Shown piece after piece: positions 49,699 through 63,239 of a DNA stretch of 64,000 nt. The notes beneath the pieces were generated by a model. The model worked only from the letters and a program-made list of their open reading frames with translations, searched no databases and was not told the origin of the DNA. Every line of letters begins with the position of its first letter. Within the stretch, counting starts at the first letter, position 1. Source of the DNA: Sphyrna mokarran (Eukaryota); the NCBI GenBank assembly GCA_024679065.1, contig JAGIQG010000040.1, forward strand, positions 8,804,001-8,868,000. The letters run 5' to 3'. The translations under genes and the position numbers were made by a program.

Positions 49699-52203
49699 AT
49701 GTTGTCAACTTGTCAACCTTTGATCATCCAATGTCAGTGCCATCCCTTCACCCGACGGTGCAAAGCCAGCAAAGAAAGACAAAAACATCTGAGAAACAAA
49801 GAATCTGAAGGAGAATAAGTAACACACACATTCCATTCCCCAATCCAACCTTCCCGGCTAAACCTCCGTTTCCCTACAGCTCAAACATTCCTCCCCTATG
49901 CAAAAAAGAAACCCTCAACAAAACAGTAAAATCCTCCAGGCCACACCCTCCCTTCTCTCTCTCTCCCATACACCTGAGGATCAGAATACATTCCTCATCA
50001 CACAGTCCAGTAAGACTCGACAATAAAGAAATAGAGAGAAAGAAATGAGCCCAGCTGGTAAGCATCGCAGCCAAGACAATGAGGACAAGGAACTATACAG
50101 GATGGAGGGAACTGGATGACTTCCAAATGGAAAAAAAGGAAGAGAAAGGGAGACACATCCCCCTCCTTACCAACCCCTCAATCGAGGACAGATCCATCCC
50201 ACTCACAACATCCCAAAGCCAACAAGACAAAAAGAAGAATGCTGACGAAGAAGGGAAAGAAAGAGTCCAACGCAAAACAAACAATTATCCCACTAATCAC
50301 CGAGTGAACAGCCTCATAATGGGAAGTCAACTCCTCCTCAACTAGCACAGATAGAGGAAGTTCTTCCAATCCCCTAGAGCCCAACGTGAACCAACCCTGA
50401 CATATAATCCCCTCCTCTCAATCTGCCCCTTACGAAACTACATGTACCTATTTTCCCTTAGAGTATGTGGATTAGTCATGGTAAATGTGTGAGGCTAACG
50501 GGGAGATGGTAGAGGGGAGGACTTGGGTGGGATGCAGACTCGGTGGGCCAGATGTCTTTTTTTTCTGAACTGTAGGAATTTATAGTTCTATGTCTGAGAA
50601 ATGTCAAAGACATTTGAGTGCTTATTTATTTTAAATAGACTGTTTTCTAATAACCCCTTTGGAGAAATGATCTGTTTTAGCACTTCCCCTTCAGTTTTAC
50701 TAGTGATAACCTTCAGCTCATCTGTGCCTTCCATGAATGCATGGAAACACCAAACAGTTCATGTGTTTCAGCTGAAGAACATTTAATATGTAACTATTTA
50801 TTGACAACCATTCTGTTGTGTGTTCTTGCGTACAAAATGATTTCAGCCTCACTATTTTGTTCCTGGTGTTGACTTATTTGTGTTTAGAGATCTGTTGGAA
50901 AATGAATAAATCACATCTCCAATGACGAGGAGATTGCGGAAATTGATATTCTCAGTGTCTCACTAAAGTTCCTGATATAGGACTCAATTGTGTGCTTGTT
51001 TGTGAACATGATGGCGAAAATGACCCTGGATATATTGCCAACAGGAGATAATTACACCCGTAATTCTCAAACTTCTTATTCCTATTGATGCAAAGGATTG
51101 AAACATCTGCCACTCTCCAGAAAAGAAGCAATGTACCTCGTTAACCCTTACATTCACCATTTCCATGGTAAGCATCCTAAATATTTTCTACTGTGTATAG
51201 GTTGTGCAATCTCGGAAATACGATGAATCAGAATAAGCTATATCATAAGGCCAGACCTTACGTGATATGAACAGTGATATTGTCCAGTGGACATGGACTG
51301 CAGTGATTCAAGATAGCAGCTCATCACCACATTGTCAGGGGCAATTAGAGAAGGGCAACAGATGTCACTGCTGCCCACATCCTATAAATGATTAAAAATT
51401 ATGCAGTAACAACAGAGACAGAACCTAATTTAATATAGACAGATGTGCTAGCACAATGATGGGAGAGTCATGTAAATCAATGTGTGAGATCTCTAGACTA
51501 AGAGAGACAGACTGTGATATATTGAAATAAACAGTTTTTGTGCGTGTGATAATTCTAGAAAAAGTACTTTGTCCAATAATAACCGGCAAGTATCAAATGA
51601 AGCAATATCAGATACAGATTCTAATTCACAACGGATTAGGTAATTGTTTCCAAAACCAATCATAGAGGATTAGAATATTATAATTTGAATGATTGGCTCC
51701 AGTGTATCACTGACAGAGACAACTGGGCCTGGAATCAGACTGGGACCTGATATAAAGACGACTGCTCGGGTCTTGACGCAGGTTTCTTTGTCATGACGAG
51801 TGATGCAGGGATTTGTGTGCCAAACACGGATTGGAAGCCCTATGATAACGGCAGGAGTGGCAGACTCCACCTGAATAAGAGCTGTTATCCCAAAGAATGG
51901 GGTGGTTGTGGGGAGGGGGAGGTGTCAATCATGGCGAACTCCATAAAGTTTTGTTATCTGAAATAACAAAAGCGAATCTATCAGAGGAACAGAAAATAAT
52001 CTGTTCCTTCCCATTCTTACTGGCAATTCCACATTTATAGACAGAATTAGGACCTAATATGAGATACTCCATCGGATGAAAAAAAAAACAGTGCAACAGA
52101 TGTTTAAGGCAACTGCGTTTTTCCTAGGCAACTTCGATCCAATGCTCATCTGTTCAAAGTGATGGCTTGTAAATAGAATTGAATTTCGGAATGGTTCCTG
52201 CCA

Positions 52204-52206
<3 letters not shown>

Positions 52207-52238
<32 letters not shown>
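52207..52238. repeat. (CA)n microsatellite
   Basis: Perfect CA run. Confidence 0.98.
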
Positions 52239-52241
<3 letters not shown>

Positions 52242-55200
52242 TGTTGTCAAAAGATATAAGAAAAGATGATAGCTGTAAAAATATTGTATTTATTCAGTCT
52301 TAATGAATGATAGGGAGACACACAAAGTGAATGCTAGGACAGTTATATAAACAAACCATCAAAATGCTCCCATTCCCAAATTTTAGCCTCATGAAGGACT
52401 TATCTAATTTATTTTCCAAAGTTTCTGTGAAATCAGCTCGATTAGCCTTTCAAGCTGTTCATTCTAATTCATAACAACACTTGTGTAAAATAAACAGTCC
52501 CGTTTCTGTCTCTCTGCTCAATAAAATAAACCTGTGCCCACGGGTTGCTGACCGTCTTCCCAATTGAAATATTCTCTCTTTATTTAACCCACTCGCAACT
52601 TCGCGATTTTAAATATTAATAAAAGTGTTCAAAAACTGACAAGGAGTGGAGAACGACACCGAGAGTTCGGAGAAAGAAAAAATGGAGTGCTGAAAGATAA
52701 ATGCTTGGGAACAAAAAATAAATAGCAGATGGAGAGAAAATGATCAAACAATGAAAGATAATAACTATCATTCTCTTTCTTCACAGAACCCGGGGTAACT
52801 CAGTGACCCATCCAGTTATGTCCGGGAATGGAAACTCTGAACAGATCACACCAGACTCATTTGTAAATGTCATCGCAATGTGATCTGTGTGACTCTGCCC
52901 TGACTCTGTGGACAGATATAGGCCGCACTGACAGATGTTCTCACCAGATTGTGGTCTCTGGATTTATTTTCTGCTCAGAAGTGAGATGTGCGGTTTGGAA
53001 CTGGCAGCATGAAACAGGAAGTTGTGTTACCTGAGAATGAAACAACCGGGGCCAGTTTGATGTTATCACCGAGAACAGTCTTCCTGCCTGTGAGGGTGAA
53101 CTCACTCTGAAAGCATCAAGAACAGTCACACAAATTGCTGCCGGTCTCAGCATTACATTCACCACCACTCCCATTTTAATGTATCAAGAAAATTATCATT
53201 TGGGATTTACATATATTGATTGAAGAGAAGATAGACTGAAGATTATCACTAATAGAAAAGAGGGAAAATTAAAGCCATTTTTTTCCCTTCGGAGGTGTTC
53301 TAAAGTAGAAACTTTCAGTGTTTTATATGTTGTGTGACAGAAATCGAGGAGAGAGATTAAGTGAGTGAACTGGCCTGTTTCCGACACTGAAGTTTCCTCT
53401 GATGAGACTTTTTGCTTCATCTTTTCAGTCACAAGGCGCCTTAAACAACAAAAAAAAAAACCCTGCCCCCCCTCCCCGCAACTAGTAGCCAGATCGGCTT
53501 CTGTGCATTTGTATAAGTGAATTAATGGAGACTGACAGAGCAGCAGAAGTTTTGTAATTTAGTTGCAGTCTGAAACAGAGAGAGGAGAGAAGTTCAGTGA
53601 GTCATCTGAAAGCTGCGCTGCTTTGGCAGCGGAATGGCCAGCTGTACATCACATTCAGGAGCGTCCAGGACAATTCATTAACTTTGGATATTGACTGAGA
53701 CATGGAAGGTATAACTAAGTACTGAATAAATTACCCACTGCATGTTCAAACGTAACAGTAGTTATTTACACAGTGGTTAGCACTGGTACCTCACACAGTT
53801 ACTGACACAGGTTCCATTTCGGCCGTGAGTAACTGTCTGTGTGATGTGTGCAAATTCACCCCGTGTGTGCGTGGGTTTCCTCCATGTTTACCACTTTCCC
53901 CCTACAGTTCAAAGATGTAGAGGTTAATTGGAGTGGCCACGCTGAATTGCCTCTAATGCAACGTGGCATAAGTTTGATCTGTTCCTCAATCCCCTTTAAA
54001 CAAGAACATGTTACAAGATTCATCGCAAGTTTTCAAGAAAATATTCCACACAATATGAGAGCAATTAGGTACGCGACACATTAGTTAGTAACAATAACGA
54101 ATGAACTCCTTTCATCCACATAATTACATAAATTTTTAAGTTAATATACATCTATTCTTCTCACTCACTCTTTCTTTCATTCCATCTATCAGGCGCATTT
54201 TATAGAAAAGCAATTATTGAAATAGTCTCTGCTTTATTTTGAGGACTCAGTGTGATACAATGTAACGCACGGATGCGTTCATAGAGCCGAGCACAATAAT
54301 ATCCGAGATACAATTTCATATAACGTAAGTGGACTCTTGACTAAGCAACAACAGCTCAGAAATGATGATTTGCAGTATTTATCACGGCATGTGTTCATGT
54401 GTTCATAAATGAAGTGGCGCATAATTTAGTGTAAACAGATTCAAGGTTTATTGCAATAATGTAAATTCAAATGAAATAAATGCAGTATATAAAGAGACAT
54501 AGCCGAGTGCATGACTGTACAAGATTGCACCAAATGTGTTATTGTACTGAATATTGTCAAATACAGTAATAACTGAGATCGGATTAATTGTAGCCCTTAT
54601 AGAAACAAGGTTCAGCGCATTAATAAATTAAACTTCAATTGTGTGATATACACGGATAGTGTTGAAAGAAAGGAAAACAAGAGACATGGCCTCGTACATT
54701 ACTGAGACAACTCCTGTGTAAGATGAAGTATTAACATGGTAAAATGCAGTAATAACTAAAAGAGGTACAGTGTGATAAATCTGAAGTCAGTGTTTAGTAA
54801 AATATACACATATACATTGCCCCATTCTGGAAACAAATAAAAACAATGGTCAAACATTTCTTCCACAGAACCATAGCCTAATTCAATAGTAATGATATAT
54901 GATCTAATGTTATGAATCAGAGAGGATGAACTGCGATGTTGACTGAGAAAGGAGAAAGAAAGAGAGAGAGAAAAAGGGAGAATTGAATAAGTGCAAGAAT
55001 AACACTCCAGATAGTGTCTACTGTCATATAATTAAATATAGGATCTGGTACAGAATAAATACAAGTATGGACTGGTGTAATGTAATCAGAGGGATGGTTC
55101 AGTTCATCCACAATTAATAAAACAGTGTCTTCTGTATACTGATCCACTTGCCAGTGGATAATATGTTTTTCTTAATGACTAACACATTCCTGTTCATAGC

Positions 55201-55337
55201 TTTGAAATGTTGTACCAAATCTCCCGTAAACTGCTAAGTTCCAAGGAGAAAAAAAAACTCAGTGTTCAGTTGTTCTGATAGTGCAGTTCATGCAGGATTA
55301 ACATCAAGCTCTGTAAGATCTTCTGCCTCAAGTGTGC

Positions 55338-58006
55338 CTCGATGACATTGTAGGAATTGGTAGAATTTTAAAATGATTCACATTAATCATTGCCATCGTG
55401 TCAGAATAAGAATCAAGGCTAGGAGAAGACTTGTTTCTGACAATTAAATGCACCAGTGTAATATTGGACACAGATCTCAGAATTTAGATGTACTGCACTA
55501 AATGTCATAATGGCAAAACTCAAAGTGTGGGCAATTAACAGCTTTTTCTCCATGGAATCAACATCAGTTTCGAATCAAATGGTAATGTGTTCAATCAACG
55601 CAACAGATGATTGACTTTATGATTCAACATGTGAACCAATGCTGAATGTTCAGTTATTCCATTATTAGATATGATGATATTTCAGTCTAAGGAGCAATAC
55701 AGAAACATTATCATTATCAAGATAGTATTCCAGAAGCTTGAAGTAATGTTCTGGAACCAGGAGTTCAAATTCTCTAAATGTCTGCGTGGGTTTTCTTGTG
55801 TTGCTCCCGTTTCCGCCCACAGTCCAATGACCTCTTAAGAGTATAGAAACGCATAGGGACCTGGGGGTGCAGGTGAACAAGTCTCTGAAGGTGGCAGAGC
55901 AGGTGGAGAAGGTTGTGAAGAAAGCATATAGTATGTTAACCTTTATAGGAAGAGATATAGAGTGCAAGAGCTGGCCTATAATGTTGCAGTTGTATAAAAC
56001 GTTGGTTAGACCTCATTTGGAATACTGCGTCCAGTTCTGGTCGCCCTACTACTGGAAGGACGTGGAGACTCTGGAGAGGGTGCAAAGGAGGTTTACCAGG
56101 ATGCTGCCTGGTATGGAAGGTCTGAGTTACGAGGAGAGGTGAGGCAAATTGGGAGTCTTTTCCTTAGAAAGACGTAGACTTAGAGACGATCTAATAGAGG
56201 TGTACAAGATTATGAGGGGTATAGATAGAGTAAACAGGGTTAAGCTTTTTCCTAGGATGGACTCGAATAGCACCAGGGGTCACGGGCTTAGGGTGAGGGG
56301 GATTAGGTATAATTTGGATGCTACAGGGAGTTTTTTCACACAGAGGATGGTGGGGGTATGGAATGCGCTGCCAAGTTAAGTGGTGGAGGCAGGTACTCTG
56401 GAGTTATTTAAGAAATACTTAGATGGGCACATGAACAGAATGGGAATGGAGGGGTATAGAAAACTGATTTAAAATAGGGATCATGAGCCTTGGGAGTCCC
56501 TGGGAAGTCTGTAAATAGATGATGATATTGATGTACTTGTTTTTATCCTACAGGTGCTTTGGTCCACCTTGTTGTCTAACAAGGGGCATACACGTGATGG
56601 GTCGTGAGTGGGCTGCTCTTGGATTTTTTTTCAAGAGTATCCTAGTGCTTCACATCGCTAGCGTACGCTTGACCTGGACCATTTTATGGGCAACACAACA
56701 GCTCAGTGACTATCGCTGTGCTGTGCAGATACATGGATTTGGGTCTGTGTCTGTGGGAGTTTGCGCAATCCTCCCGTGCTTGCGTGGGTTTTCTCCGGGT
56801 GCTCCTGTTTCCTCCCACATCCCAAAAATGTGCTCTTAGGGTAATTAGCAAAACAAATTCTCCCTAAATTGTCTCAAATTTGGTTTTTAATCCATAGATC
56901 TAGAAACATAGACAGGGATTGCGGGTAGAGGTGGGAACATCGTTGGACCGAAGGGCCTGTTTCCCGTGCTGTTTTGCTCTTTGTTCTTTGATGTGCGAGT
57001 AAGATAAGCTGACCAAACTAAATTATCCTTAGTATCCCCGCATGTGTAAGTTAAATATGTGATGTAAGTAAATATACTCATAGTGTAGTTAAGAAGGGAG
57101 TTACAGGATTTTCATCCGTGGACATTGAAATATTGTGATATAGTTCCCAGTCAACTGTGGGTTTTATGCAGACCTGCAGGGTAATTGTGGTGTTACGCAG
57201 CTATTGCCCTTGTCCTTTTAAATATCAAAGTTAATGTGTTTCGAAGATGCACTGCGTTGTATGTTTCTCGATGACATTGTAGGAGTTAATGCAATTTTAA
57301 AAGGATTCACATTAATCATTGTCATCGTGTCAGAGTAAGAATCAAGGCGAGGTGAAGACTTTTTTCTGACAATTAAATGCACCAGTGTAATATTGGACAC
57401 AGATCTCAGAATTTAGATGCACTGCACTAAATGTCATAATGGCAAAACTCAAAGTGTGATCAATTAACAGCATTTTCTCAGTGGAATCAACATCAATTTC
57501 GAATCATATGGTTATGTGCTCAATTCCTGCAACAGATGATTGACTTTATGATCCAACATGTGAACCAGTGCTGAATGTTCATTTATTCCATTATTAGATG
57601 TGGTGATATTTCAATCTAAGGAGTAATACAGCAACATTATATTATCAAGATAATATTCCAGAAGTTTGAAGTAATGTTCCGGCGCTAGGAGTTCAAATTC
57701 TCTAACAGTCTGCGTGGGTTTCCTTCTGTTGCTCCAGTTTCCTCCCACAGTCCAATAATGTTCGAGTAAGACTAGTTAACCAAGCTAAATTTTCCTTAGA
57801 GTCCCAGTATGTGTCGGTTAAATGTGTGGTGTAAGTAAATATATTCACAATGTAGTTAAAAAGTGAGTTACAGGATTTTATCCATGGACATTGAGACAGT
57901 GATATAGATCCCAGTCAAGTGTGGGTTTTATGCAGACCTGCAGGGCAATTGTGTTCTTATGCATGTATTTCCCTTGTCCTTTTAAATATCAAAGTTAGTA
58001 TGTTTC
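55338..58006. repeat. Local tandem duplication (unit about 740 bp): copy 1 55338-55828 plus 56991-57243, copy 2 57268-58006
   Basis: Long exact matches, e.g. TTTCTGACAATTAAATGCACCAGTGTAATATTGGACACAGATCTCAGAATTTAGATG. Confidence 0.93.
55830..56990 (+). mobile_element. CR1 with long composite 3' UTR containing a V-SINE body (copy 2)
   Basis: Same structure as 42093-43144 but with a different 5' truncation point and different flanks. Confidence 0.9.
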
Positions 58007-59864
58007 GGGTTGCATTTGAAAGATTATGTTGCCGCTATACCAGTTATATACCGTTCACACGGCCAGAATTGTACATCTGTAATGCAGAGAGTGTCTGTTT
58101 AATGGGGTGGTGAGCATTAATTGACCCGGCTGCTTTTTACTTGGTGGTATCGAATTTGTTGTGTGTTGTCTCAGAGCCATACGACAGTAAAGTGGAGAAT
58201 ATTAACTCACAATGCTGACTTTTGCCCTGAATATGATGGATAGGTTTTGGGAAGTCAGGAGGTGAGTTACTTCACGCACATTTCCCAATTCCTGACCTGC
58301 TCTTGTAGCAATATTATTTACATGGTTGTCCCAGTTCACTTTTACATCAATTGTAATTCCCAAAATGATGATAGTGGAGGTTATAGCTGTAGTCATTCTA
58401 TTTAATGACAAGTAGAGATGTTGGGAATCTCTCTTACTTGAAAGGTCATCGCCAACCACTTGGGCTGCGTGAATGTCACTTGGTATTTTACAGCCAAAGC
58501 TTGAACGCTTTCTAATTCTTGCTGCTTATAGGCACTGGCTGCTTCAGTACCTGAGGAGTTGTAAATGTGCTGAACAATGTGCAATCATCAGTGAACATGT
58601 CACTTCTGAGCTTGTATTGAAGTGAGAACATTAGGCCGAGGACTCTATCCTGAGGTGTTCCTTCAGCAATGCCCTGTGACTCAGATGATTGGCTTTCAAT
58701 AACCACAGGTATCTTACACTGAACTTGGTGTGACTGAAGCCGGTGGAATACGTTTGCCCCCCCAAAGAACCCCATTGGCTTCAGCTTTGCTCGACTTCTT
58801 GATGCCACAACCGGTCAAGTGTTGTGTTGTCGAGTATAGACACCCTCAACTCACATCATTAAATTAGCTATTTCCACTATGTATGGACTAAGATTGAATT
58901 TTTTTCTAGAGCTGAGCACTCCTAGTGGGATCAAAACAGAGCATCACTGAACAAATTATTTTTAGTTGTAGTTGTAGCAGTATTGTTGTGATTATTATAT
59001 TATTACTACTTTTTTGGATCATCCTTCATACTTCCAATTACGTTGATGGAGTGTGGAAGCATTGGGTGGTCGGTGGTCGGGTTGGATTTGTCCTGCCTTT
59101 TGCAACAGGGCATGTCTGCCAGTTTCCACAATGTTCAGTTTGGGACCGTGATGTAGCTATGCTTGAATACATTGGCTAGGGCACAGCTGGCTCAGAGCAC
59201 AAATCTTTATTATCATTCTTGAAATACTGTCAGGGCACATCATCATTGCACTGTCCAACTTCAGTACAAGGTTAGGCCACAGATCAATTATGATCAGATT
59301 GCATGGCGGAGTGGGCGGAATGGTGCACACATGTTCTTGTGCTCCATGATATCATGTTGAATGAATTGACCTCCTTGGAGACTGGCATCTCTGATGCTTG
59401 GGGGATCATAGGAGGCCGAGATGCTATATCCTCTCGACCCTTCTGACTGAAGATGGTAGCAATTGTTTCAGTCTTGCTTCGTTTCCTTTTTTCTGGGATC
59501 CCCCATCAATAAGAATGAGGGCTTTATTTGAGTCTCTTGCTGTAGTTTTTTTTTAACGATCTGGAACCATTTAGGACTGCATGTGACGGAACTGCAAAGT
59601 TAGACTGTACCTGAAAAAAATACAAATCAGGGTGATTGTGTGATGCATACATTGGCACGCACTGGTGCAATATGATTTAACCAGAGTGTCATATAGTATA
59701 ATATATTATAACACAGTGAGGGTCGATTATTTTATGTATGATTAGAGTGATTAGGGAGTGGAATGCCCTGCCTGCAGCTGTTGTAGATGCGCCAAGTTTG
59801 GTGGCGTTTAAGAGGTTAGTTGATAAGTATATCAACTTGTTTAATCTTAATTGTTTAATATCAG

Positions 59865-61372
59865 TTGTTTAAGAAGGGGAAGAGAGACCTTCCTGGGAAT
59901 TATAGGCCAGTGAGTCTTACTTCTGTGGTGGGCAAGGTATTGGAGAGAATTATTAGGGATAGGATTTATAGTTATTTGGAGAGAAATGAATTGATTGGGG
60001 ATAGTCAGCATGGTTTCGTGAAGGGTAGGTCATGCCTTACTAACCGCATTGAGTTTTTTGAGAAAGTGACCAGAGAGGTGGATGGGGGTAAGGCGGTTGA
60101 TGTAGTATATATGGGCTTTAGTAAGGCTTTTGATAAGGTGGCCCATGGAAGACTTCTACAGAAAATGCAGATGTGTGGAATAGAGGGTGATTTAGCTAAT
60201 TGGATTAGGAATTGGCTGGCAGATAGAAGACAGAGGGTGGTGGTTGATGGGAGATATTCATCGTGGAGTTCGGTGACTAGTGGTGTGCCTCAGGGGTCTG
60301 TTTTGGGGCCCCTGCTGTTTGTAATTTTTATAAATGATCTGGATGAGGGTATTGAGGGATGGATCAGTAAATTTGCAGATGACACTAAAGTTGGTGGAGT
60401 GGTAGATAGTGAAGAGGGGTGTTATAGTTTACAGAGGACTTGGACAAGTTGCAGAGCTGGGCCGAGAGGTGGCAAATGGAGTTTAATGTGGAAAAGTGTG
60501 AGGTAATGCACTTTGGCAGGAACAATAAATGTGTAGAGTATAGGGCTAATGGTAGGGCTCTTAATAGTGTTGAGGAACAGAAGGATCTTGGTGTATGTGT
60601 CAATAGATCCCTGAAAGTAGCAGTCAAGTGGATAAAGTTAAGAAGGCATATGGAGTCTTAGCTTTTATTGGTAGGGGGATTGAATTTAGGAGCCGCAGCA
60701 TCATGTTGCAGCTGTACAAAACTCTAGTGCGGCCGCACTTGGAGTATTGTGTGCAGTTCTGGTCGCCACATATAAGAAAGATGTGGAGGCATTGGAGAGG
60801 GTACAGAGGAGGTTTACTAGGATGTTGCCTGGTATGGAGGGCAGGTCCTATGAAGAGAGGTTGAAGGATTTGAGGTTGTTTTCGTTAGAAAGGAGGCGGC
60901 TAAGGGGGGGATCTTATTGAAGCATATAAGATAATTAGAGGTTTGGATAGGGTGGACAGTGATAGCCTTTTTCCTAGGATGGAGAAAGCTAGCACGAGGG
61001 GACACAGCTTTAAATTAAGGGGTATGAGTGATAGGACGGATATCAGAGGTGGGTTCTTTACTCAAAGAGTGATTAGGGAGTGGAATGCCCTGCCTGCAGC
61101 TGTTGCAGATGCGCCAAGTTTGGTGGCGTTTAAGAGGTTAGTTGATAAGTATATGGATGAGAAGGGAATGGTTTAGTTAGGAGGGGCATTGCTTTTTATT
61201 TTGGTCGGCACAACATCGAAGGCCGAAGGGCCTGTTCTGTGCTGTATTGTTCTATATGGAAGAGAAGGGAATGGTTTAGTTTGGAGGGGCATTGCTTTTT
61301 ATTTTGGTCGGCACAACATCGAAGGCCGAAGGGCCTGTTCTATGCTGTATTGTTCTATATTCTATATTCTAT
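59865..61372 (+). mobile_element. Young CR1 LINE with duplicated 3' tail
   Basis: RT motifs with several frameshifts. The 3' UTR occurs twice (61150-61255, 61253-61372). Confidence 0.96.
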
Positions 61373-61919
61373 ATATTTAAGTATGTATAGACACATAGTG
61401 CAGTGTAGCATTCATTCAGGTAGTGCCTACTTCATGCAATATAAACCATGAAGATTTCAACTCCATCTGTTGCAATTACTGTAAAGAAAGTCGCTGTCAG
61501 ATATGACGTATGATATTAACGCATCAAGAATTCGCACCCATAAATATAATACACATCCCCACCAGTGGAAGGTGCACGAATCTAACGTGCAATGAATTCA
61601 CTGAGGCGCAACGATGAGTACATGGGATTTAATGGGATTGAGAATTATAGATAGGCTCTGTAACTATGGATATGGTTGGTGCAACTTGTGGGCCGAAGGG
61701 TCTATTCGTGCTGTAGTGTTCTATGTTCTATATACGAATTATAGTTGTTGCTGAATAATGCAAGTTAAATGATGTCTTGCAGAAATCTATCTTGCGTCTC
61801 AATTATTCACAATATTCATAATAGCTTAGATAATGGCACAAAAATTCAAAAATCCAAATGATAGATCAAGATAGTTTTTTAGAACACACAATATTAAATA
61901 TAGTGTATGGCCAGCAAGA

Positions 61920-63150
61920 TTTGCAGATTCAGCTGCATAGCTTCTCAAAATGCCACGAACTGATGCAGAAAATAGTCAAGGAGGCTAACGGAATTTTGAT
62001 CTTCGTGTCTAAAGGACTGGAGTGTAGGGATGTAGATGTTATGCTGCAATTGTGCAAAATCCTGGTTGGACCCCATCTAGTGTACTGTGTGCAGATATGG
62101 CCACCACAACTTTGGAAACATTTTGGCACTAGGAGGAGTTGAACACAAGTTCACAAGAATTTTAAGAAGGCATATGGAGTCTTAGCTTTTATTGGCAGGG
62201 GGATTGAATTTAGGAGCCGCAGCATCATGTTGCAACTGTACAAAACTCTAGTGCGGCCGCACTTGGAGTATTGTGTGCAGTTCTGGTCCCCCCATTATAA
62301 GAAAGATGTGGAGGCATTGGAGAGGGTACAGAGGAGGTTTTCCAGGATGTTGCCTGGTATGGAGGGCAGGTCTTATGAGGAGAGGCTGAGGGATTTGAGG
62401 TTGTTTTCGTTAGAAAGGAGGAAGCTAAGAGGGGACCTGATCGAAACATATAAGATGATTAGAGGTTTAGATAGGTTGGACAGTGATAGCCTTTTTCCTA
62501 GGATGGAGAAAGCTAGCACGAGGGGACACAACTTTAAATTAAGGGGTATGAGTTATAGGACGGATATCAGAGGTAGGTTCTTTACTCAAAGAGTGATTAG
62601 GGAATGGAATGCCCTTCCTGCAGCTGTCGTAGATGCGCCAAGTTTGGTGGCGTTTAAGAGGTTAATTGATAAGTATATGGAAGAGAAGGGAATGGTTTAG
62701 TTTTGGAGGGGCATTGCTTTTTATTTTGGTCGGCACAACATCGAAGGCCGAAGGGCCTGTTCTGTGCTGTAATGTTCTATGTTCTATGTTCTAATTATAC
62801 CTTATTTTCAGGAGAAATTGGGAGTTTTGTCTTTCAAATTCGAAAAATGAGGGGTGCTCTGACAGAAATCTAGAAAATCTTTACGGGGTAGGACAGGGCG
62901 GATAAAGATTATTTTTCAAAATATTAAGGCTGTAGCATAAAAGAGCATTATTTAAAGAAAGGACAAAGCTGTTCTGGAGATTTGATCGAAAGCATTTCTA
63001 CACACAGAGAGTGATGGACTTTTGGAGCTCTCTCTCTCATAGGCGATTGGGTGTTGGTTCAATTATCAGATTTATGTCTGAGATCTTCTTTTACTGAACA
63101 GGGATATCAAGGAATATGGGCCAAGGGTGGGCACATAGAGTTTGGCTCAG
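61920..63150 (+). mobile_element. Young CR1 (62163-62793) nested in an older CR1 fragment
   Basis: The intact C-terminal ORF2 frame 62227-62700 is flanked on both sides by decayed CR1 coding sequence. Confidence 0.9.
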
Positions 63151-63239
63151 ATCAGACCACACACAAACAGTCACTCAAGGTTGGAATCGAACCCGTTTCC
63201 CTGTGACTGTGAGGCAACAATACTAATTATATCTGTCAG

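Noticed and set aside
49720-50450. Short ORFs in A/C-skewed sequence
   Set aside because: No recognisable domain. It is possibly the UTR of an unidentified retroelement, but I cannot support a call.
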